Of a stretch of 64,000 nt of DNA, positions 1 to 11,112 are shown in pieces. Numbering within the stretch: the stretch's first letter is position 1; each line of letters starts with the position of its first letter. The DNA is taken from positions 9,052,001 through 9,116,000 of the forward strand of contig CP075492.1 in the NCBI GenBank assembly GCA_021613535.1, read 5' to 3'. The DNA comes from Adineta vaga. Its lineage: Eukaryota; Animalia; Rotifera. The translations under genes were made by a program, and so were the position numbers. The notes under the pieces are model-generated. The model did not search any database. It worked only from the letters and a program-made list of their open reading frames with translations, and was not told the origin of the DNA.

Positions 1-480
1 CCGTAATTCGACTTGGATTGAAGGAGATGGTGAAATTCTGTGAAGAATTCTTTCCTGGTGAGTTAGAAGACATATATATATTTCATTAGAAACGAAGATT
101 TCTTTCTTATTTTTTGTAGGACATCATCCACAAATCTTTTTGGAATCATGTGGAGTTGCAGACTTGGTGACAACATGTTATGGTGGTCGAAATCGTAAAG
201 TAGCTGCAGAATTTGTTAGATCAGGCAAAGACATTAAAACATTGGAAGAAGAAATGCTTAATGGACAGAAATTACAAGGTCCAGATGCAGCAGCAGAAGT
301 TCAAGAATGGTTGAAACAAAAAGGACAAACAAATAAGTAGGATTGATTATAAAATTAAATATTGTATCAAAATCTTTGCGTAGATTTCCATTATTTGTTG
401 CTGTTCATGAAATTTGTGAACGCCGGTTGGAACCTAAAGCTTTAATCGATGCTCTTCGATATCATCCAGAATTTTGGTAA
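1..480 (+). CDS. GPD1: NAD-dependent glycerol-3-phosphate dehydrogenase, 3' exons (5' end outside window)
   Basis: [23 protein letters not shown] and [11 protein letters not shown] motifs; last exon [11 protein letters not shown]...HPEFW*; introns about 58-119 and 337-384. Confidence 0.93.
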
Positions 481-811
481 ACAAACAGACTAATTCAAAA
501 TAGACATTTTATATTTTTAGTTACCAGATAGAAAACTTGTTCGTTTTTTTCTCCTTTCTCCTTGTTATTATTCATAGATTCTTTTTTAAAAGATCCGTAT
601 TTACCGGTTAAAATGAATGGAAATTATTCATATGTCATTGATTTTCATTGATTGTCGTTTCTTTCATGTTAATAGCACGCGATCTGTTTTAACCATTAGT
701 GTTTCCAAGGTTAAAAGAAAAACATTTTGAAATAATTTGTTCCGTCTAAAGAATTTCCTTTTCTTTCCCTGTCTAACGTAAGTCAGTAGAAAAATTTCAT
801 TTACAACAAAT

Positions 812-1399
812 ATGAGTAAACAAGAAATCAAAGAAGTGAGTCTCAACATTTATTCTAATTACATAGAAGAATAGAAATTTAGTTATTTCGAAAATTTGAT
901 AATGGCAATGGTCATTTATCATTAGCTGAAATTGATCGAGCTATTCTCGATTTCTATCCACAATTTGGTACAAATCGAAAAGCAATTCTTCGTGCATATA
1001 AAGCTGCAGACACCAGTGGTGTATGTATCATGACAAACGAATGAGATTGATGTGATTGATTGCATTTTTTTAGAATGGTTTTGTTGAATTGAGAGAATTC
1101 GAAAAAATTGTTCAATTACTTAAACAATATAATGAAATTAGCAAGGTTTTCGAAGAATTAGATACAAATGATGATCATCGTATTAGTTTTCAAGAATTTA
1201 AAAAAGGTTTTGAATTATTGGGAGAAGATAATTCCGATGAAGAAGGTTTAAAACAAGAATTTGATTCGATTGATTCTAACGATGGAAATTATATTCTCTT
1301 TGATGAAGTAAGAATTTTCGAAATATAAAACAGAGAAACAAATTTATATTTTTATATACCTAGTTTTGCATGTACATGGCAAATCGACAAATGCAGTAA
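812..1399 (+). CDS. EF-hand calcium-binding protein, flagellar calcium-binding protein (calflagin)-like, 4 exons
   Basis: Spliced product MSKQEIKE/LFRKFDNGNGHLSLAEID...DTSGNGFVELREF...DTNDDHRISFQEF...DSNDGNYILFDEF; four EF-hand-like loops; three short GT-AG introns. Confidence 0.8.
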
Positions 1400-1488
1400 T
1401 ACAAAATTCGAAAATAATGCATAAACATTTTCATATTGATGTTGTTTTGTTCATAGAAAAATAAATACTTAGATAAAACTTCGTTTTG

Positions 1489-2533
1489 TTATATGGATTG
1501 TAAATCAAATGCATCATTGGAGATTTGTGATCCGGGTACGATTCGATTTTCTCGTATTCGAGTTCGTCGACATGTATTGACAAAAGCATTTCTAACTTGT
1601 CGACGATATCGTGCCGATGAGATTAAAAATAAATAGAAAGAACCCTAAATAAATAGAAAAGAAAAGATCTTGAGAAATTAATGAATTCAATTTACTTACG
1701 GAATAATTCAGATAGAAGAGTGAAATTGTAATTGCTCCAAGAAGTTGAACAATAGCTCGATGAATTACATTCTCTTTACTAATATATACGACATAAGTGT
1801 AGATTCGTTGTAAAACATATGGTGTAGTCAAAACAACGAGAAAACCCACTCGAACGAGAATCATAGCTGTCAATTGTTGATCAAGTTTTCGTCGACGAAT
1901 AGGTATTTGTCGTCGAACAATACGACGAACATTTTGATAAGCTAATATAGCAAACAATGTTGAAATTGTAATAGGTAAAGTTCCCGTTAAGATTAAATAA
2001 TAACCATAAGCGATATAATTTATCATACCTTGATTGTATGAATTACAACCAGATGTTGATTGAATTTCCAAGAAAATCGCTGTTGGAATACTATGAAGAA
2101 TCCAAATAAGTAGTGCAATTATGATAAGAGTTTTTGCACTTCTACTCGAACTCAAATGTCGTAAGTATAGACGATAATTTGTAGAAAAATATTGATCAAT
2201 AGCAGCGAAACAAACGATACTAAGTGAAATTAATGTGGTAGTTTGAGCAAGCATCGAACGTAATTTACACCAAAGTAAAGATGTTTGTGTTAAATCATTT
2301 GCAAAACCATTGATTGCAATACGAGTTGAAAATGGAATGAGCATTTGAAATAGATTAATTATTGATTCGGCAAGAAGATAAATTGTTGATGGATTTCCAC
2401 GAAAAATTTTCAATTGAGATAATACAAAAATATTACAAATATGACCAACAACACCAGAAAATAGAATTATAAAACTTACATAGATCGTATAGTTTTGAGA
2501 AGCAAGGAGAATTGCTTGAGCAATTGATGCCAT
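1489..2533 (-). CDS. Class A (rhodopsin-like) GPCR, 2 exons
   Basis: Seven hydrophobic segments; CK at TM3 start, AAIDQY (DRY variant); intron about 1645-1698 in TM7; basic helix 8 in last exon. Confidence 0.85.
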
Positions 2534-3339
2534 ACTTGATAAATAACAAAATAAACCTTAATACTAAGATCAAAACTGAGTCAGTTGTCTGGAGTATAAT
2601 TGCGTTATGTTTTTGACAGAATAAAATAGTTCTCTTTCAACCGAATAATAATAATAGCTACCAAGGTTATATTAAATGAAATGACTGTTTGTGACGTATT
2701 TAATGAATATGTATGATGATATCATATATGATATTAGACTTGTAAATGAACTTTAGTATCACCAACTGACAACACATAAATTCTGAACTTATTCAAAGAT
2801 TAAAGTATTGGTTTATGTTTGACAAATTGGCAATATATGGTTGATTTCACTTCAAACGAAGTAACATTTCATGGCTATTATTCTTTTTTTAAACATCATC
2901 TTTACCTAGTTGATGAATAGAATATTTCATTTGTTGACAACGGCATCCTCTTATTACACGAAGAAAAGAATAGACGCTACCCTGAAAGAATGAATTTTAA
3001 TTAAAAAGGTAAGAGAAATCTGTAACTTACATTTTCTTCGGATAATATTATCCAACTCACTGCTTATCATGCGATTAAATGAAAAACTATATAGAATTTC
3101 GTCATTTAAAGGATTATCCGAACGTACTATCATACTAGCTTGGTATCATCATGCTCTACTGATGAAAAGCGACATAAATTGCATCTAAAGTAGCTCAAAA
3201 TACACTTTAGAGGAAAATGTGTATAAAGTATGGCTTGTTCTATTCTTTTCATATATATATTTATCACAAACTTGGCTCACCTGACAAAAGTCATTGGTTG
3301 TTGCAAAGTCAGTCATCTAGGTATCTATCTACAAACAAT

Positions 3340-4902
3340 ATGTTGCATATTCTCATCTGGTTACAATATTTTGGAGTATTCATATCCATTTTGTTCTTGT
3401 CACTATGTGCATATATCAAAGCACGTCTATTAGGTAACAAAAAACGTGCAGTTCCTTTATTCAATCGAGATTGTCAAATCGCTATTGTTGGCGGTGGTAT
3501 CGGAGGTGTTAGTACTGCATATGCATTATTACATAGTGGATATAAGAATATCACCATCTATGAAGCACGTGATAAACTAGGTGGTAATGCAAAGACACAT
3601 ATTTGGCAAAACGATAAATCTAATATAACTACTGGTCTTTCGGTTTTAGCATGGCCAGTGATATTTCGTAATTATATTCATTTATTAAATGAATTAAATA
3701 TTCCAACAACTACTGTTGAATTACCATTTTTTATTCATAATAAACAAGATAATAGTTTCTTTGCTCATAGAAAACAACATATACATACTCAACAATATAA
3801 TACTAATCTTAAACGTTGGTCTCGAATGGTAAATACAGTTCGATGGGTTACTGAATATTTCAATGGAAAAGAAGCATCACTCTATCATTTTACATTCCTA
3901 AATCCATTCAATTACATATCTATGCGATGTTTAAGTTTTTGCTTTGGTGTATCGAATCGTTTTTGGAATCATATTGTTGTTCCTATGTATGCATCTTCAT
4001 TTCTATCAACAAAATTATCTTTTATTCCATCATCAATTCTTCCAACCATAGACAGTTTAATTTCCTTACAACCAAATCAAATTCCAACTATGCAAACATG
4101 GCTACAAACATCCATCGATGTTTTCGATAAAATGACACAAGGTGCAACAATTAAAACAAATCATCCGGTGACAAAAGTGCATATTCAACGAAAAGATAGC
4201 AATCATATAATGATTACTATCAATGAAGAAAAAACTATCTATGATCGAATTGTTTTTGCATGTAATGCGGATGCAACAGTGAATGCATTAACGAATGGAC
4301 ATACAAAGATATCTTCGCTATTAAAATTAATGTTATCAAATGTAACCTACGGTGATGATGATGATTTAAATCTTCTAGATGGAATTATTCATCGTGATAT
4401 TAATGTTTTACCAGCAGAATATGCTAAGGAATTATGTTGTGATTATGCGAATTATATTGATTTAAAATATGATTCGAGAAATCAATGTTATTATCATTAT
4501 AATACATTTATTTTAAGTTCATGGTTACCTAATGTTCATGCAATGATGAAAGAAAATCAAATTGAACATAAAACTATGGAACCTATGCTAGTTACTTATG
4601 CACCTTATAATCAACCCGGTCCAAAGATTGATGAAAAGAAAATTTTTGGAAAAGTAGATAATCGTCGTGCACATCCCAGTTTATCATTTCGTAATCAAAC
4701 TATTGCATTATTGATGCGTATAGTACAAGGTGAGAATGGAATGTATTTTTGTGGAAATGCTGTCACACCAGCAAATGGACATGATCTTTCATTGATATCA
4801 GGTTTTGCTGTTGCTGAATTGATTGGTGCTAAATATCCATTTAGTGAAAATATATCAGCATTGCGAGATTATAATCGATTTAAGCGAATGTGTGTGAATT
4901 GA
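3340..4902 (+). CDS. Intronless FAD-dependent oxidoreductase (amine oxidase-like, COG2907-like) with N-terminal membrane anchor
   Basis: IAIVGGGIGG dinucleotide-binding motif, EARDKLGG motif, C-terminal QGENGMYFCG...GHDLSLISG; ORF is open from 3217 but MLHILIWL at 3340 is the likelier start. Confidence 0.8.
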   Translation: MLHILIWLQYFGVFISILFLSLCAYIKARLLGNKKRAVPLFNRDCQIAIVGGGIGGVSTAYALLHSGYKNITIYEARDKLGGNAKTHIWQNDKSNITTGLSVLAWPVIFRNYIHLLNELNIPTTTVELPFFIHNKQDNSFFAHRKQHIHTQQYNTNLKRWSRMVNTVRWVTEYFNGKEASLYHFTFLNPFNYISMRCLSFCFGVSNRFWNHIVVPMYASSFLSTKLSFIPSSILPTIDSLISLQPNQIPTMQTWLQTSIDVFDKMTQGATIKTNHPVTKVHIQRKDSNHIMITINEEKTIYDRIVFACNADATVNALTNGHTKISSLLKLMLSNVTYGDDDDLNLLDGIIHRDINVLPAEYAKELCCDYANYIDLKYDSRNQCYYHYNTFILSSWLPNVHAMMKENQIEHKTMEPMLVTYAPYNQPGPKIDEKKIFGKVDNRRAHPSLSFRNQTIALLMRIVQGENGMYFCGNAVTPANGHDLSLISGFAVAELIGAKYPFSENISALRDYNRFKRMCVN

Positions 4903-5000
4903 TTGCTTTTCTTGATTATTATTATTTTAGCTTTCAAACTTTTAATAAATGAGTATCAGATAAGAAGACATGTACAGATTTTTTCAATGACTTCTAATCA

Positions 5001-6949
5001 TCATAAAGAGATAAAAAATTCATAATTGTCATGACTGAATTCTACTTGAATATGATCATCCAGTTCATTTAATTTTTTATAATCATCAAACCATGAAACA
5101 AATCTTTGTTGATCAATACAGGAACTCGATTCTTTGACTGATACTTCGAGATAATATAGCTGGAATAATCGTTGTAGACAATGTGGAAGAAATATGTAAA
5201 TATGATCAATGTTTTCTAACTGCAGATATAACCATGATATATTCGGAAGAGAATTAGTAATTTGATCAAGAAAATATGTTAAATCATTGTCAATATTTGA
5301 AGGAATAGTAACTGTTAAAAATTTCATTAGTGGTAGAGAATTAGATAAATGTAACGAAGATACTGGCAATTGAAGACTAGTAACATTAGGTAGAATATTT
5401 AGCAAACTAGAAACTAGAAAATAAAGTAAAATAGAATGATGTAAAAGTGTACTTTTCATATTTACGAAAATTGATGGGATTGTTTTCATCATTTAAATAG
5501 ATGTTTTCAATTTTGGCAAGTAAAGATGTAGAGAAGACTTGTTGAAGATCATTTATAATAGTATCGATTGAGGGTGATGAACAATTAGCAGATTCGAATG
5601 AAAATGTAAATCCACCGAGATCTGAATACATACGTTTTGATAAAAGATCTCCTGATAAAGAGTTTTCATGAAAGATAAATGTGAGATTTCGAACACGTTT
5701 ATAGTACGATTTTTCATTATTCCAATCATGAATAGCGATGTTTGTTCGTATCTGTAATCCATGTAAATATGTAGATAACCATTCTTCTTGAATAGGTAAT
5801 GTGTATACACGTAAACGTTTGTCGTTCACCGTTTCTGGATAATATTCAACAACAACTGGCCATCGATGCCAAAAGAGACTATTGAACGATTGAGTTATTT
5901 GGTTTAGATCCACAAGATTATAAATAGAAATATATGTTTCTTCAATGAATATACTAAGCTCTTGCAGTTTTGGTACATAATTAGTAATAACCCGTTCCCA
6001 GTTCATTCCATTTGAATAATCTTCCCCTGTAAAACATCTCACCCTTAATTTTAACAATTGTGGTAATTGTTTAAGAAAACATTCAGTTTCATCAAATGCT
6101 ATCCCGATAAGTTGTAACACCATTTGAGTTAGACGTGGTACATGATCCGCAAGTTCATCGTATATCGAAAAATCAAATTGTTCATAATCATCAGAATAGC
6201 GATTTGATGGATTTACACACATGATTGAGAGTTTTTCTATATTAGGTATACAACGAAGTAAAGATGGTATATCTTTCATCAGACAATCATTGAGAGTTAC
6301 GTGTGTCAGCGATCTACTAATACCTAAAATAAGGATAAAAAATTATTCTATATGATCAGAGATCTTGGCTGATGTAAGTATTGAGTAAAATTCGTGAAAA
6401 TGACTTACCTGTTCGATTATTCTCAAGTTCAATCAGTTCACTAATGTTCAAAACCAACCGTTTAAGTGATGTTTTCTTGAAAATAGATTGAAGCATTTCA
6501 TTACTATGCCTTGGTGTGCATTGCTTATCTTGTATATACTCTATGCGTAATTGTTCGATATTAGTTAAACAACTTAAAATTTGATTAATATCAGTCAGTT
6601 TTGCATTATTCAATGTTAATTGTTTCACTTGACATAGAATATATTTTCTTGTTTCAAAATCGATTGATATCTGGTTGTCATTAGTAAGATATTTTGTCAT
6701 ACGCCCGAACCTGTCGGATAATCTTAAACTACAGATTTGATGACGCGCTTGATATAGGATTGATTTATAATATTGATCCAGATCATATTTTCTTAATACA
6801 TCCGTTAAATCAACGCTCAAACGTTGAGTATAAACAAGATTATTAAAACGCATATTTAAATTGAGTAATGAAATGAATAAATCTTCTGCATTACAATATG
6901 CCAGTATTTCAAGTAGAAGTTCATCCGGTAGGTGCTCCAATTTTGACAT
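5001..6949 (-). CDS. F-box domain protein with degenerate leucine-rich repeats, 3 exons
   Basis: N-terminal LEHLPDELLLEILAY...LLNLNMRFNNLV F-box; repeated LxxLxL motifs (IPNIEKLSI, LPQLLKLRV, LPNVTSLQL); introns about 6323-6408 and 5414-5465. Confidence 0.8.
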
Positions 6950-7380
6950 AAATGAAATAAATCTAAATAACAACGAAGAGATTCAACATTACATATACTC
7001 TTTCGAAATTGATTTTATTGCTAAAAATGTTTGCTACATATGTATGAAATGATGCTCTTTTCGAACTGTAATAGTGAATACACGTTTCTTTTACGATTGA
7101 AGAAATAACTCACCAGCGATGTCGGCAAAGGAAAATGTCAATATTTAATCTCTATTCTTCATTTCATTTTCTTTCTCTTACAAGTCAGATAATAGTAGCC
7201 ATGTGAGCACATGAATATCGAGCGATACTACTTCGATGTATGAAAAAAAAAAGTAATAATCGAAACAAAGAATACAGGAAAGTACTGGAAATATATACAT
7301 TCGTTGAGTCATTTTCCAATGTTGTTTTTATTCAAGATAGTTTTACAGTCGAAAATTGTGATAACATATATAAGAATAGT

Positions 7381-10300
7381 TTAAACAAAAAATGGCACAT
7401 CTCCAGCTACATTTTTACTGAGATGAATTTGCATATTAAAATTAATTTGTTCATTGTCTTCTTCCACATTTGATTGTAATTCAGTCTTTTTTCTGAACAA
7501 AAAAGTGAAATAATTATAATATCACCTATTAAAACTTTACTTACTTGTCTAATAAATGCCATGCTGGTAAATAATACTTGGTACGTTCAGCAAGTAAATT
7601 TGCATATCTCACTGGTGTTGGAACAGATATTGCACAAGTAGTTCGTGCATACAAGAAACATAATGCATATGTTAACATTTGAATTTCATCGAGTTTGAGT
7701 TTATTATCATCATACAGTACGTGATAATGAATGGGACGACTTGTTCCAGGCTATAATTATCGATACTAAATGTGACACGCAAAATGAATTAAATTTATCT
7801 GCCTTACCACTCGATAATTATGACTTTTTAGAAAGAAATCACATGTTGTTGCATTTGTAACATCGTGAGAATCAATAACAGTACCAGCTTCGATATTTCC
7901 ATTTAAATGCATTGGGAGAAATCGAGTATGGTGTCTCTTATTCACTACAATATAAGTTAAATAAGGTTGATAGTCAGATGATAATTCGACACAAGCTTTT
8001 CTTGTAGCCATCATTTCTTTTTCTAATACCATATCAAATTCACTTTCTGAAATACCATCACGATAGATAACGATAGCTTTTGGTGGTTGCTCTTGATGTT
8101 TGTCATAATATTGACGAATCAATGATTTCATGATTTCTTTCATTCGAACAACGTATTCGATACGTTTTTTAGGATTAAATGAAAATCGATTTTGAATATA
8201 AATTTCTTTGAAATATCGATTGGGTATAACGTCTGTCGAAGCGACAGCTGCTACAATAGAACGTTGATCATTTGTACCTGCTGGAGGATGACACAAATCA
8301 ATACCGACATACATAATTCGAGAACCACGCGAAAAAAACTTTTCGATATTCTCACTAGAATATATATTTTTTAAATAATATAACAACAGAAGAAAATAAT
8401 CACTTACGGAACGTGTAGATTAGAGTTAATTTCATTGAGTTTTGCATTAATTTTTAGTAACAGATTATCCAATGTGGAATTAGGACCTTGTTTATTGTTT
8501 TCTAGTTGTCGTTTAATAGTTGTTGATCTCACCATTTGAGTAACAACATTGGAACCACCCTCTATTTCACACTAAAAAACCGAATACTGATTAATCAAAA
8601 AGGAATCTTTATTACAGAATAACATACAAGCTTTTTTACTTCACCGTATAATTGTTCTTGAAGATTAGTATCTTCAGGTAAGATAATAATAAAAAAGTGA
8701 CAATGGTTTTTCGCTGCCATCATATTTTTAAGGTCAGCAATAATTTTGTCGATAGAATCATGTTGAGGATGATATTCTTCATAAATATCCGGTGCAAGAC
8801 ATTCAATGCCTCGACGATAACCCGCCTCACTAAGTTGTTTATAAAATTGTTCACAAGAATCTACATCTAACGTTGAAGATATATTAATCATTCCCCAAAC
8901 AGACGGAAAATGTGTTCGTTTAATAAGTTGTTCACCTATGTTAATTAAAACAAATGTTGACGGTCACTTTCGTTACCTAACGTACGATTCGTCTCTATAC
9001 ATACTTGTAGGTGTAGGCAAAACACGAGCTGTTAATTTGTGCATTTTAGTATCAATCTGAACATTCCATGCACTGGTCGTAGAAGTTTTATCAGAACTTT
9101 GTTCGAGATTGTTACGAACTTCATTAACTCTTTGATAGTAATCATGTGGCTTGAGTGTCGCAGTTCGAGTGAGTTTTGCTTTTTGATCATCAGAAATTTT
9201 TTTCACTTTGACAGGTTCGACATCAACAATTTCCATGGGTACAACCAGTCCATTGCGCATCTTCAATACGGGTAGCGATTCAAATCTATACGTTTAGAAA
9301 AAAGCTTGAATCTTCTCTAAACATATTCATATACGAACTTTAATTCGAAACCATATTGTTGACGGTAATAATCGGCCACAGTGATTAATTGATTACTTTT
9401 TCCCTTCCATTCGAACGTCTGTTCCGATGCAGGTAAACTTAAATCAGTAATTTCATGTACGAATCGTCTATTTCCAACTGACCAATTGACACGTAGATCT
9501 AATATTTGAAAAGAGAAATCCCTTCATAAATATAATAAATCCAGACACTTACGTTTACAATGCTTGAGTAAAAATTCAATCTCACCATCGTAGTATTTAT
9601 TTTGATTTCGATCAAGATAATTCAAAACATCGTTTATATCTATTCGTGAAATATTTCGATCACGCTTATAACGTTTACCACAAGGACTATGACGCATCAC
9701 TTCACGTAGAAACTCAAGAAAGGATTGTCTCTTTTGAAAAACTCCATAATTAACTATAATAATGATATAATGAGCGACGATTGTCTTTTTATCACGCGTA
9801 CTTACCATCAAGATTCATTAGCAATTGATGGGTACCATTGGCAAAAACGAGACATGAATAAAAACCACGCCATGCAGCTTTGCCCATACCAAGATCCCAG
9901 TAAGTATGTGCATCCTCTGTCGTTGGTTGTCTAAAGAATGTTCGATTGCAAATAAAATCAGCATTTGATGAACAATATTCATGTAAAACAAGTGATAACA
10001 TTTGTTGTATATAACGAAGATTATTCTTGTCATCATCGGAGATATCCTTGAATGTCGAGTAGTTTTCTAATAATTTTAGTAAATTCAAATTAGTTGGATT
10101 GCCTGCTTGTTTAATAGAAAATTGATATTCATCATAACGATCCGCTCGATTAGGCGCCTTGATTGATACAATAGTCTCCTGAAGAAAATATTGTAAAACG
10201 GAGTTTCTATTCAGCGTTGCACTTACAGTTTTATCGATACCAGGTAATTGTTGATTATATGTGAATATTGCTGTTTGATTATCAAATATGATTTGATTTT

Positions 10301-10722
10301 GATTGATATCTGGATACTTTTGACAAAAGGCTTTTAACCAACTCTGATACAAAATTCTACAATTTCAAAAATATATCTATTGATAGAAATGAACAAAGAA
10401 TTCATTACCGTCGGAGATTACGTCGAATTACTTCGCCTTTTTTATTCCGTATTTCAATATGATATCGATAGACAACACCATGTTGAGGAAATTGTAGAAT
10501 TGGGAAATAATTTACTAAAACATCGATTTTCTTGCCGAGTATACCTAATTCATTTGATTTCTGTATACGAATTATTGGTTTCTCTGAAGATGATATATCT
10601 GGTGACAATACTGTACTTATTGATGCTTGAGCAGTGAGTGAAGGCGAAGGTGGTTCATGTTGTTCAGAAATTTTTCGTCCTTGACCGCGTCCTCTTCCAA
10701 CTTTCGGTATTGATTGCGCCAT
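7381..10722 (-). CDS. Argonaute family protein, copy A (N, L1, PAZ, L2, MID, PIWI; tetrad D-E-D-N), about 11 exons
   Basis: VNYF N-domain motif, PAZ ending VPMEIVD, MID LYGEVKK/TQM/LKINAK, PIWI GIDLCHPP, YRDGISE, KRHHTRF, GTSRPIHY, PVRYANLLAER, C-terminus PFFV*; needs a 69-nt intron at 8936-9004 to be intact. Confidence 0.9.
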
Positions 10723-11112
10723 AGTATTATTATTATTAATGAATTTGGAATTTTTTTTTCAAGAATTTAAATTTATCGAACACTAACAGAAGGGAAAAAA
10801 ACCCACCTAGTTGATTTTTTTGAAGAAAAGACTTGATTAAAATATACATAAAAGAAAGACGGTTTGTTAGCATAAAGAATTTTTCTGCGTGTTATAACGT
10901 CATATGTTTGCAATTGCCAACAGTAGGAAGAAACACACAATGATGAGTCATGATTGTATGTTTTTGACGAAAAATACAATTGGTAACTCAATTTTAACAT
11001 GAGAAATATGTGTGATTGGAAATTTCTTTATTTTAAGAGATCATATAATAAAAATATTCATCAATCATGACTAATAAAAAAGTAAAAATGACACCAAAAA
11101 AATTGGATGTTC

